Part shown: piece after piece, positions 1 through 13,600 of the stretch
Layout of the letters: every line of letters begins with the position of its first letter
How positions within the stretch are numbered: the first letter of the stretch is position 1
Assembly: GCA_000165425.1 (NCBI GenBank)
Contig: CT868032.1
Span: 124,001-188,000 of the forward strand
DNA length: 64,000 nucleotides
Source of the DNA: Paramecium tetraurelia
Lineage: Eukaryota
Reading direction: 5' to 3'
Program-made: the position numbers and the translations under genes
Notes under the pieces: model-generated
The model's database searches: none
Told to the model about the DNA's origin: nothing
What the model saw: only the letters and a program-made list of their open reading frames with translations

Positions 1-2
1 CT

Positions 3-32
3 CCAGTTGTTTATGAGGAGAAAGATGATTGA
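3..32 (+). CDS. Probable 3' end of an upstream gene cut by the window edge (PVVYEEKDD*)
   Basis: Short open frame ending in TGA at 30-32 and followed by AT-rich spacer; too short to identify. Confidence 0.3.
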   Translation, partial: PVVYEEKDD

Positions 33-171
33 TAATATTTTATGTTATTATCAAATTGATTGATTGATAAATAAATGGATTATATTAATTTGGGAACGGA
101 GAGTAATAATTTTAAAATGATTTTTAAATGTAAAAGAAAAGTTCGAAAGATAGTTGAAATTTATAAGATTA

Positions 172-1422
172 ATGAAAAAATAGTAAAGTCCTGAGATGTA
201 CTTGATAAAGAATGACCAATTTTGGCATTGTTAATTTATATAGTTAAAACCAATAACAATTCAAATTCGGAATGGATTTTTGAATGGCAATATAGAAAAA
301 CAAGAGACTATAGAAATTTCATTAACTAAGTTCCCAACAATGGAAAGAGGTATTGAAGTGATGAGTGAATAAATCTAGTAAAAATTATAGAAGGGATTTC
401 GAGAAATCAATAGCAATGATATATTGAAAGCAAACGAGTAACAATTCTAAGAGAAAACTGTTGCATCTTCCAAAAAGGATTTAATGTAATAAAAGATTTT
501 GAAGAAGGTGAATTTACCAGAATAACGGAAACCGGTGGTGGCATTGACAGATGATGCTACATAGGGGAAGTTAGTGGGTGAATGGCCAAAATATAGAGCC
601 AGAACTCATTTAGGAGAAACATTGGAACTTGGTCCTCCTGGAGATACAAAACCTATTGCTTGTTTATTGGCTGGACAATGGAATGAGAATATTAATCCAA
701 CAAATTATTTATTATCTGAGAAATTAGATGGCATGCGTATAATTTGGAGTGGATGTGAAATGTTTACTAGAAATGGTAATTCATTAAACTTCCCTACATC
801 ATTTGTTGAAGGATGGCCAACTACCTATCTAGACGGAGAATTATGGCTTGACAGAGGATAATTTTAGAAATTGGTTAGCATAGCCAAAAAGAAACAACCT
901 GATTATAAGGCGTGGAAGGATATCAAATTTATGGTTTTTGATGCTCCTTTATTAGATGAACCTTTTGTGAATCGATATGCCAAATTTAAAAAGGCTATAG
1001 AAAAAATAAAGAATCCTCATCTGGTTTATGTTCCACATGTTGTATGCAGAGGTTATGAACATTTAAAAGAAGAACTAGCCCTTGCTTAACAAGCAGGAGG
1101 AGAAGGATTGATGTTGAGAGACCCATAATCAAAATATGAAGGAAAAAGATCAAACACATTATTAAAAGTCAAAACTACAATGGACTCAGAGGCTACTGTA
1201 ATAGATCACATTAGTGGTATGGGTAAGTTTAAGGATTAATTGGGAGCTTTGAAAGTGTAGACAGATGCAGGTATAACATTTTAGATTGGAGTTGGATTCA
1301 ATAGCAAATTAAGGAAAGATCCTCCAAAGATTGGTTCTAGAGTTTCTTATAGTTATTATGGATTGACTGACGACGGGAAACCAAGATTCCCTGTATTTGA
1401 AAGAATAAGGGAAGACATATGA
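172..1422 (+). CDS. ATP-dependent DNA ligase, minimal adenylation + OB type, with N-terminal WGR-like domain (416 aa, code 6)
   Basis: One frame from ATG172 to TGA1420-1422 with TAA/TAG as Gln. Ligase motifs SEKLDGMR (adenylated Lys), LDGEL, FMVFDAP, GEGLMLR, LLKVK, and C-terminal IGSG...PRFPVF. N-terminus FWHCQF...IRNGFLNG...QQKLQKGFRE resembles WGR. Start could alternatively be ATG196. Confidence 0.9.
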
Positions 1423-1440
1423 TTTATATAAAATTTATTT

Positions 1441-4400
1441 ATGTTTGAGAAAATAATCGAGAATCTCCTTTAATCAATTTTAGGAGAATACATTGAAGGT
1501 TTGGATCAACAATCCCTGAAGGTTGGACTTTGGAGTGGAGATGCAAAGATTGAGAATCTGAGGTTGAAACCAGAAGCCTTTATCAAATTAGACCTGCCTT
1601 TTATTGTTAAGTATAGCAGATTGGGAACACTTAATTTAAACATCCCTTGGAAAAATTTAGCCAGTGCTCCTATCAAAGCTAACCTAGATACATTATATTT
1701 AATATTAACACCTCAACAAGCCAGTGATTGGAAATTTGGAAGTGTTACAGGAGCAGATAAATTAATTTAAGTTGATTCATTCAAATAGAAATTACTAGAA
1801 AGAATTGCTAATAAAGAATAATAAGATGGGATGATGCAAAGAATTATTATTAGAGTGATTGAAAATCTATAGATACGCATTTAAAATATTCATATCAGAG
1901 TTGAAGATGGATAAATCAGTTATGGTTTTGTATTGTAGAATTTCACCTTGCTTACTGTGAACGAGTAGGGAGTTGAATAATTTATTGATAGGACATCCAA
2001 TAAAAATTAACTATTGATCAAGAGTTTACAAATCAGCAATATTGGATTCTATTGGCAATGGAAAGGAGGAATTCAATATGATGAGTCTAAATTTTAGGTA
2101 GAAATACCAAAAAATGATTATCTATTTAGACTCTCCTTATAAAGCAAGGTTGTACAACCACCAAAACAGAGCGATAATCTACCAGACTATAAATTTGATT
2201 TGGATTTACAATCATTTGATATTAATTTCTCAAAGCCTTAAGTCTAATAAATCCTCAATCTAACAGACTATTTGAATTCTTACAATAGAGCTAAGATCTC
2301 TTTCTAAAGATAATAGTAAATGATCTAGCCATTGAATGAGATGGATCAAAAGAGAGTTAAACAATTATTGCAATTAGTATAATTAGATAAAAAATATAAT
2401 GATGGACTTAATAAAGAGTAGAAATTAGAACTTTGTGCTATTTTAGAGAAAACTCAGATCAAAGAAATCAAACCGATCGTTTTGGAAGTCATTAAGGAGT
2501 AATAATATGAAGACATGAAATAAAAGGCTCTGAAAAAGAAATAACCATAAGGATTCTTATAGAATTGGTTTGGAAGGGGTAAATAACAGTAATAGAATGA
2601 AACACCTACACTTTTAGATGAAGAATCAGAAGAAATCTATAAATTTTTATAATAGAATTTCTCATAGGATGAATCTTAATAAAATTAAGGGAAGGTGACA
2701 CAAATAGTAGTGAGTGGGAAAATGAGATAAGGAACAATTACTTTAAGTAATCCTAGATAATAGAAGGTGGATGAAATTAAGATTCTGTTTTAAGACTTAA
2801 TATGCGAATTGAAATCAGATAAGGATCTAATATTGGATCTATCTTTAATCGATATGATTGTTCTATTTAATGATTAACAATTCCTTACAAATACAAGTAA
2901 TGATAAATCAAAACCTATATTCTTATTGAATTTCAAAATTATCGAATCCATTACTACTTATATTTAATTAGAAACTAGATCATCTAAATTACGGTTTCAT
3001 CCAGATTTAATAACAGTATTAAGTGACTTTAGTGATGTAGAATTGAAATCAAATTAGATTAAAAATATGGCTGATGACACAATTCAAGAACTTAAACAGA
3101 ATGCTCAAATAGCCTTAGCTAATTAAGTAATTGTAGAAAAGAATAGATGGGTTAATATAACGATGGATCAATTCTATTTTGAACTCCCCTTAAACAATTC
3201 ATAGGAATCCTGGCTATTTTGTCCAGGTTTAGTCAACATTAATAGTAGTATTGTGAATAGTTAAGAATTGTATAAAATTCAACTTTCAAATATTGGATTG
3301 AAACATTAGTCTTAAAATCAATATAGTGTAATTGACAACTTTACCATTGTCCTGGATATCCTATTACCAAATCAAAAGAACTAAAATCTTACTGTGAATG
3401 CCAGTATCCAAGATATTATCACCAATTTGAATCCATAAATATATTAAAAGCTTACTAAGATTGGAGATTGTTTTATTCCAACAGTAAGTGCTGAAGAATA
3501 CAAAAAATAAACTAAGTCGGAGGAAGTTGAGAAAACTAAAATAATAGAGAATGCTATAAAGATAGCCCCACTTTACATAAAGGAAGGTTAATTGAATCAA
3601 TGGGTTAAATACACTTGTGTCTTGAGTGGCTCTTACTTATATTTTTACTCAAGTCCCAAATCGCAATAGCCTAACTTCATTAAATATTTAAAAAATTCAA
3701 ATATTATTGAAAAAGGAATGGATGAATACAAAATGAATGTTCTAGTTGTATAAATTGAAAACAATTAATTTGAAATTGGAGTATAAAATTAAAGTCAAAT
3801 ATAAGATTGGATTCAAAAGATTTCATCATTGAGAGATGAAGAGTTAGAATTACTTAAACAATTAGAAGATAAATAGGAGAAATAACAGATCAAACCAATT
3901 GAGTTTGAATAAATTATCAATTTTACAATATCAGTTGTCTAAATTAACTTATAGGATTCCAATTCTAAGTAATTTTTAGTAATGAAAACGAAGGACTTGT
4001 CATTAAGAATGAAAATACACTCTTAATTCTTATAGGTTCAACTTACTCTTTCAGGATTACAACTTTAAGATAGTCTGAGATAATATCATAATAAACAATT
4101 GGAGAATCTTATTATATCCGAGAAAGAGAATGGAGAACTCATTGAAATACTATTTAATTAAACTAGTAGGAATTCCAAGAAGTATTAAGATATTGATTAA
4201 TAAATAGAATTGAAATTTGGTAAATTGCATATCAATTTTAAAAGTGAGACATTTGCTTATCTATTATAATTCATAAATAGCAATGATAATATTTAGAATC
4301 AATAGGAGAAAAAATTAGATAAAATTGAAAAGGAGTTTTTGGAAGCAGAGAAGCAATTTTTATTATTAAAATTGAATGTGTAAATTAATTAAATCAGTTT

Positions 4401-7400
4401 GTCTATTGTTCATGAAATTACCAAATTGCCATTTGTAGATATTCAGTTTTAAAACTCTTTTATTGAAATGCTTAAATATCAAGATGAATTATAAATGTAA
4501 GTTAATTTAGGAAACCTATAAATTAATGATTTAACTAATCATCCATATACATTAACATAAGAAGAAGATTATCACTTGATTAAATCAAATTAAATTGTGG
4601 GAATCAAATAGAAGGGAGAGTCTTTGCTATTTGTTAAGATCATCTTAATCGAACCATTATCAAAAAAAGCATAATTAAATAGAGATATCATTAGAGTTGA
4701 TGCAAAAATAAGTCAAATTGTGGCTGACTATTAATAACAACCAATTCTAAGGATTATTGATTATATTCAGAATTTATAAGAACCATTCACTAATCCAAAT
4801 TCATTTAAAGTTTAAGGCTATTAAATAGACAATGTTGCGAATCAAAAGAAACCACCAAGTAGAATCACTATTTAACCTTCAAAGGAGGAATCAATTAAGA
4901 TTACATCTAATCCTCCGAGAATGAAGTTAACTGTTCAGATTGACAATCCCTAAATCATCATTAGAAACAAATTCTCAAATGAATTCATGATCATCAATTT
5001 AGGATAAATAAGTGTTGCTAATGAATAATAATAAATCAATTAATTTTTTAAGGAGATATATACAATTTAGATAACATAACTTAATATCATAGGAGAATGT
5101 GATAACAAAAAGGGTGTTATTGCTAGTGATTTCAATTTACTATTGACTGTCACTCTACCTGATTTGGTGTAATATTATAAATAGATCCATAGTAAAGTTG
5201 AAGAAACTATTCATATAAGTTGTGAAATGAGCGAATTTATCTTAAATATTGATAGAAACACTATGAAATTGATTAATAGGTTGGTTGCTTATAATTTCAC
5301 ACTTAATGATTCTTTTAATGAATATGTATTACTCAATTCTGAAAAATCAAATTAAATAAGTTAAGAATAATAGAAGATAATATTAAAGTAGGATGCTGAA
5401 AAGAAAATTAGAAATTAAGATTACTTCTTGAAATTTAAATTGAAGATTGTTAATATTTCTATATTCCTATGTTTACATAGACCTTTAATAAGACTGTCAA
5501 TAGTGGATAGTAATATAGAATTTAATATGAAAAAGGATGATAAAAAGGAGTTGATTATTTAGATATCGTCTTTCAATTCTTGTGTGTATGAATAAATAAA
5601 TGGATATTTTGTGAGTAAGCCTCTAATAGGAATACAGGAGGAAAAACAATATGATAATTTGAATGATCTCACATATTTGATTAAGAATGCCTCGAGTTCT
5701 GAATAGGAGTCAGGTAAAATTGAGATGTACATCAATCCAACATAAAATAAAACTCACAATAAGTTGTATTTAACTTTTGGTTCATTTTTATTAACTATTT
5801 AAACAAAGATCATTTTATAGACTTTGACAATATTTGAGAGCGAGTAATTAAATCCATTTGTAAATGAAGCTTTAAAGGAGTATTAAAGCAGATATGATTA
5901 ATATTTGAGAAGCCAACAAAAGGAGGAAGAAGTGTAACCAACTGATTCATAAATCTTTATTACCTTAGGTGATGTAATAATTGCAATTCCATCGAATGAC
6001 GAATCCATTTTGACATTCACTGGTAAATTCAATATCATTGTGAATACACATGACACTATGAATGCTGATGAACTTCTTTGTATAATCAAAGAGAAAGGAT
6101 TGAATGAATACGATTTGATTGGAATGAACTTCAAAATAAAAACATCTGTATCGATAGAATAAGTTCAAGCATATGTGGCATCAAAGTAATAACTATATAG
6201 TAAATAATTTAATTTACTTGACAACAAGAGATAAATCATTTGGCCATTCACTATGCTCTTGAATCAGAGTTAATAATTAGTATTATCAGAAAATCTGGAT
6301 TCTCTTGTCGAAAAACAAAGCATTAAGTTGTCATTAAGTCAATTTCAATTCAGAATTGCATTCACTGATGTTTTGTTTATCTAAAATCAGATTAATAATT
6401 AATTGTAAATAGTTAATGATTTAACAAATAATGATATAAAATAATAACAGAAGTAAGAGAAAAATCAATAGCAATAAAATAGTTTATAGAATTTTGAATT
6501 AGTCATTGATGGTATTGATGTGATAATTTTGAATGACATAGAGAATTACTATTAGTATATTATGAATTTCAAATTATTTTAAACACAAACCAAATTAGAA
6601 TAGACATCTAGGAATTTTAAATTCTTAATAGAATTACCAATCTAATTGCATTATTTCAATTAAAATATTGGAATTTGGGAACCAATAATTGAAAAGTGTG
6701 TCATATCAATTGTCTATTAAAAAGATTTAACAGGTTTTGATATTGTAGCAGAGAATCAATTAGATGTTCAAATAAAAGAAGGTGTAAATATAAATGTATC
6801 TACTCAAATGATCTTAACTGTTTATTCAGCATTGACTATCTTAACTTAGAAATTACAGGCTAAGGACAAAAATCAAATCAATTGTTAAAATAACTCCTAT
6901 GCTAAATACTCAATTTATAATCTCTTAGGAAGTGATGTTCTATGTGAAACCTAAGATAATACGATTATAATAGCTCAGCATAATGAATAAAAAGATTTTG
7001 ATGTCAAAAATCCTAAATCTAACAATTCAGTTTCCCTATAGATTTAAGGCGATAAAAACCCATTTGAAATACTAAATTGGAATATAGATAAATTGTAATA
7101 GAAAATGAAGAAAATTGGAAATAATAGTCCAGTGCTGATTAAGAACTTTGTTGATCAATTAAAGAATTAGAGAGTGATTTATTTGAGTTCTGAATATATC
7201 TTTGAGAATAATACTTAAACTCATTTGGACATAGTATTCAAGGATTCTAAGGCCAATCTTCATATTTCTAAATTGCAAGCCTATATGTAGGACCAAAATG
7301 CAAGACAAGTAACATGCTAACCTAATTAATATGTGCTTCCATAATTTTTATTATACAGTGATTTTTATATAAGAAAAGCAAACAACAATTAAGAGAAGTC

Positions 7401-10400
7401 ATAAGCCTATAATATTAAGTATTTATAAAAGTGTTTTGAAAATAAGGAAGGTTTGAAACTGTGGTTGAATGAGAGCTTCATAATAACATTGAATGTGCGT
7501 AAGGATCCAGAATTCCTAGGTAGATACATTATATACATCTAACCAAATTTCAGATTTTAGAATTTGTTGCCATTCCCCGTGACCATCACTACATTGTATG
7601 AAACCAAATAGGGAGATGAAACCAAATTACAACCGCTGCAATATTTGGATGAACATCAACTCAAAAGCATTAAAGAAAATCATGCTATGTTAATAACCAT
7701 AGATGCATATAAGCCCTCTTAGCCTATCCCATTATTAAACAGCAGGAACTTCAAATCGTAGCAGAATGTCATCAACTTATTTGGTAGAGAATGGCAAGGA
7801 AGTAGTGGAGGCAAGAGTGAATTAGTTTTAGAATATAATAATACTTTGTTCAATCAAAGTGGTTTATGCAGTGCCGTATTGTATGCTCAAGAATATATTA
7901 GAAATGAAACTTAATATGAATATGTAGTATTTTAAGGTAAGAATAAGTAATACACTTCAATTGGTGGGTAAAAGCTAGGGTCAAAGCAAAGACCCTTGAT
8001 ATTGAACAACACTGCTCAATAATATGAATTAGTGTTTTCAGAGAGAGATACACCTCAAGTGCTTTCATTAACACCTGCCTAAATTATTTCTATAGGTACT
8101 TCAATTAGTGATATTGTTATAAAAAGAAATGAACATTTTTATGTAGCTCCATTAGCTGTTGTATCTGAGATTAAATTAATTTAATAGACTTGCTAAAAGG
8201 TTGTAACAGTTAGAAATAGAATCATTTTAGTCAATCATTCTGAACATTCAATATGCATCAAGTAATTGAAGGCATTTGAAATTAAACCACAAGAAAGAGT
8301 GCCTTTGGAGATCTGTTGTGGTGATAAAGTACCTGAATCAACTGAGGGCATTTATCAATTCCAATTTACTTTTATGGATGATTATAATTGGAGTTGGAGT
8401 GGGCAAATCGAATGTAATATGATTGGTGTTTATTATCAACAATTAAGAAGTCACAAATTCCCTGAGATCAGAAAATTTGCTTAAATTGATATCAATGAGA
8501 GCAATGGAATATTATTTGCAGTTATTAGTGAAACCAAACATGATCAAACACCTTATAGAATTACTAACTTAAGCAAAATGATTCAAGTCACTGTCTTAAA
8601 TATACCTGCTTCTTTAGATTATAACTAAGACTGCTATTTTGCTTGGGATGAACTAAATAAATAGAATGAAGTTCAGTTTGTAATTTGTCCTAAAGTAAGT
8701 TAATATGAGGTTGTTGAATACTAATTTAAAATTGATAAGATTGCAGAGGCTAAATTCTTTGTTATCCGATCTCGAATTCCAAATGATGCAGGCAAGATCT
8801 TTATAAAATTAAAATCAGAAATGAATGGTTTTACCAGACATGCATAATTCTTTGATTCAAGTGAGGAAGAACTTTAGAGATATAAAGAGAATTCAGGAAA
8901 GATAGCAAAAGAACCATAGTAATTGAAATTTGACATTATGATTCCTCAAATTAACATAAGTTTGATCGATAATCATGCTTCATACCCTTAAGAAATAATT
9001 AATATTGTGTTGTACTAATCTGAAGCCATCCTATTGATAAACAAGTCAAACAAAGCAATATTCCAATTTAAATTATCAGCAATGTAGATAGATAATACTT
9101 CTCAATTGCACCCTCTATTTCCTGTTTTATTAACACTACTTCCAAGTAGTAAAGTGAAATAATAATTACCTATTTTAAATGTCTTGATTTAGATGAATTT
9201 GCAGGCTAAACAATTGCAATTGATTGAGAAATTCTCTCTTGAAACTAATCGTTTAGCAATTAAAATCAATGATACAATCATCAAGACTCTACTCAGCACT
9301 GTTAATAAAATAACTTCAATTATTGAAAGTTAAAAATTAAAATTATAATTACAATTATAATAAAAGTTTGATTGGAGGAAATGTCCTTTACCAGATAAAT
9401 TGATCCCAACTTATTTTGGAACTATAACTATTTATCCTATCATAGTCTAACTCACTGTACAATGGGGACGTAAGGACAAGGATCAAGATGCAGATAATCC
9501 TATGTTTACATCACTTTTGTCAGGAGTTGGATTTCAATTAGTCTCTGTTGATGAAGCTGAAATTGTATTGAAAGGAATTCAAATGGAAGATGTTTTTGAC
9601 AGTATTGATGGTTTGAGAAATAATTTGACTAAAAGATATCTTCCTGATATCTACGGATAATTACCTGCCATTTTAGGTAGTTTAGCTGTTCTAGGCAATC
9701 CTACTAAATTATGGAAGAACTTTGTATCGGGCATGTAAGATTTCATTGAAAGACCCATTGAAGGGTTCACTAAAGGACCTCTTGAAGGAGGCATGGGTGT
9801 TATAACAGGAACTACTTCATTAGTAAGTCACACAGTCTCTGGAGTCTTTAATAGTGTTAAGAATGTTGTTGGCACAATTTCAAGTGGTTTATCTAAAGTT
9901 ACAATGGATGACAATTATCAATAGCAACGTTAAATCTAGAATCAACAATAGGCTAGGAATGTCAGTTCAGGTATATAGGAAGGATCTGTATCTTTGGTTA
10001 AGGGAGTGGCTGGCGGCATAGCTGGATTCTTTAGTAAACCTATTTAAGGGGCTCAATAGGATGGAGCATCTGGTCTATTGAAGGGATTGTGGCAAGGAAC
10101 ATCAGGATTAATCATCAAGCCTGTGGCAGGAGTTTTAGATGTCATCTCAAAGACATCTGAAGGTGTTAAGAATCAATTATCCTCTGATGAACAACCTAAT
10201 AATACTAGAATTAGATATATGAGACCTTTCTATGAAAGCGATGGATATTTTAAAGAATATAATTGGGTTGAAGCGGAATGCTATGAAGTAATTAAAGGAA
10301 TCAAAAAAGGCAAATATGAACAACACAGATTGCTTAGAGTTGTTAATATGGAGAGAGATAAGAAAAGTTTTGGATTAATTCTAACCGACACTAGTTTAAT

Positions 10401-10636
10401 CTTGTTTGATTTGGATTTACATTTAAAGCTTTGGTCCATTTTGTATGAGGATATAGAAAATATTGTTTTTAGTGGAAATGTGATATAATTGAAAAACAAA
10501 AAATCCAAAAGGGCATTTTAGGTATTTTTATATTCATATGATAAAGGGTAAATCGATTGCTAGTTTGACAATGGCTTCACAAAATTAAAGTTAATAAATA
10601 ACAGAACAAATTAAATTTATGATCCAATAATTGTGA
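1441..10636 (+). CDS. VPS13: VPS13/chorein-family lipid transfer protein (about 3,050 aa)
   Basis: Chorein-N (MFEKIIENLLQSILGEYIEGLDQQSLKVGLWSGD...LNIPWKNL), WEPIIE, VAB-like QNLLPFP, QIDN, LGNP and a Gly-rich ATG_C region (GLIIKPVAGVLD). Same frame at all points checked from 1441 to 10521; one 25-nt intron at 10522-10546; TGA at 10634-10636. Confidence 0.95.
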
Positions 10637-10667
10637 CATAATTATTATATATATATATTTTAAAAAA

Positions 10668-13600
10668 TCAAATTTAAGAATATAATTAGATTATTTTAGT
10701 ACCGGTTAATGCTAAAGTTATCACTTAACATAGTGAAACCTAGATATCAATATAACATTACCTTGTAAACAATGTACAATATTCCCAAGGGATAAATCTA
10801 ATGATTATAATCAAAATATTTATCAACTATCCATTATCTAGGTATTTTCTTATCTCCTATGTTTAAGCTATGTTCATTTATTGAGATCTCAATTAATACT
10901 GATGAGTTCATCATTATATCAATCTAAATAATATTATAGATATACTAGTTCTAATGCAAATGTATTTTGTTCTTCGGATTGTATTTTTAATGATTTAGTT
11001 GATTGTATCTTATCAGATATCAGAATGTTTTCACTTTCTAAAACTTAGATCAGAATTTATTAAAATTAAATTAGATTTCTCAAATTCACATTATCCTAGA
11101 TATGACATTTATTTTAAACAAACAATTGTTGAATTTCAGCATAGCATTCTTATTTCAATTTAAGCAACTCTTTTTTAGTAGATTTTTATTCCACTAAATT
11201 ATCCATCAACACTTCTATTTAATCAACTTCATAATATGTTTATGTGCCTTAACAAACAAACATATTCTCATATTTATTTTAATCTCTTTTCTATTGAATT
11301 TCAAGTTCAGTATATAATTTCTTATATAATGCTTCCTCAACTCCAATTAATACTTTCAATTACTAGTTCTTACTGTGTGTTAATGCATATTATATTTCTA
11401 ATTTTTCCTTTTCCTCATTTTATTCCTAAATTTCCTTCTTAATCTATAAGATCATATGTTATTTTTCTCCTTTTTCTAATTCCAAACTTTCCAATTCCTC
11501 TTAAATCGAACTTACAAGCTTTCTTATTTCATTTCTTTCTCATTCTCTAAATTCTCCACCTATTCTGTTAATTGTCTACCTTCTCGTGAATAAACAGCCA
11601 TCCTATTCCTCAATTATAACATCTTCTCATCCATTTCTACTAAATTCTTGAATAACACTTAAACATAGTCTTTCTTTTCCTTAATTCTATTCCTCGAAAC
11701 TATTTCTTATTCATTTAACTCCTAATTGTCCAAATCTAATTAGTATATCCTTTATAGAATATTAACTTTATCACTATCTAAATCTGATTGCTTCTAAAAT
11801 AATACCTCTAATTCTTTTTCTATTTTCTCGACTGATTACCTTCTTTAATCTAATTCTATTGCTAATTTATGCTCTTTTTCTGCCCAATCCTATAATTTAA
11901 TAGCTAATTCATGATGTCTTTCAGCAGTTCTCTTTAATTTCGATTATAGATCATCTAACATCTCACTTTCTTTTGTAAATTTATCTTACAATTCCAATAA
12001 CAATGGATCATCATCAAAATAAAAAGTTGGTTGAATAGTCACTCTGGATTGATGCATAGATAATTATTATAATTATTACTCCAATATATCTAATTTCTTA
12101 TCTTTTTCTTTAATTGTTGATTGTAATTCTTCTAATTGAGTCTTAGTTCCTTCAATCTATTACAAGGTTTAGAATATTGGTTGACTCTGTGATTACACCA
12201 ACTTCTGCAAATCATCCTTTAAATTCAGGTTTTTAGTATTTAAACTATTTATTTATTAAGATAATGCATCTTCAGTTACTTCTACCTCATTAGGATCTGT
12301 TACTAATGATTTTTATTGTTTTTTTTTATTCAACTATTTCTTCACTTCCACTACTTACAAATTTGTTACTTCCAAATCCTTCTTCAAAGTTTCTTTCTTC
12401 TCTTAGTACTATTTCAACTCTTTCTCTTTCAATTAAATCACAGCCTCCAACATTTTAGTATCATCATCCAATTTTCTAAACTGATCATTTAGTTAATTTA
12501 AAATTCTTCAATTTCTACTTTATTTAAAAATTCATCTCTTCCTCTCTTACTTCAATATGATACACCTCTTAACTGATTTCTGTCAATTGCTCCTATTCCT
12601 TCTTGATTTCCTCTGATAACTTAGATCTCTATTTCTCAAATTCTTAGATCTACTCTTACTTTTCTCTTATCTCTCCCTGAATATTATAATACTACTATTT
12701 AAGTTTCAACAATTCTTCTTTAGATTCATTCAAAGTTCTTAGTTCTTCATCCTTATTTCTTAGCATCTCCTCTAAATTAGCAATATCCATTTCAGCCTTT
12801 GCTAAGTCATCCTCAAATTTACTCCTCTATTCTGACTTTATTTAAAAGTCTCTTTCCAATTTACTTAGATTCTAATCTAATTCAGACATCCTCTTTTTAA
12901 TTTCTTCCTCTTCCTTCTCGTAAAATTTCAATTCATCCTCCAACTAATTGAACTTCTACTTTTAATCATTTACTTTTTATTATTTCTAATAAACTAATCC
13001 TGCATACTATTAAACCTACTCTTCCTTCTCAAATACTTCCTTCATCAATCTTTCCATATCCTTATCTAATTTTTCAATCTAATCTAACTGATGCAAATGT
13101 TTCATTTATTAATCTGTAAGTTTATTTAAATTATTCTTCTAATCTTCTATATCCAATTGAATTTTCTTAATCTACTCCTATCTTTATTCCTTTTCTTTAT
13201 TTTACTTTTCTAAAATTTAAATTTATGCCTGAGTTGCTTATTTGTTTCGATCCAACTCTTATTAAATCCTATCAGCTTTATCCTATATTGCATTTTTCAA
13301 TGTATTTTCTTATTTTATACTATCCTCTAATTTTGCCCTTAAAGCCTGCAATTCAACTAATTATTTCTCTTGATTTTCTGTATACAATTTCAGATAATTG
13401 ACTTCTTAAATCACTTGATTCTTTTAATCTAGTACCTTCTATTATGACTTCTATTATTCAGATAAATCCTCAACACTCTAGTCATATTATTATTTGGTCT
13501 ATAAATATGATCTTTGTATTTCTTCCTTCTAAGGTACAATCAACAAAACCTATTCCTTTTGAATTTGTAATTCTTCAATCAACTACTCTAATAACTACTT

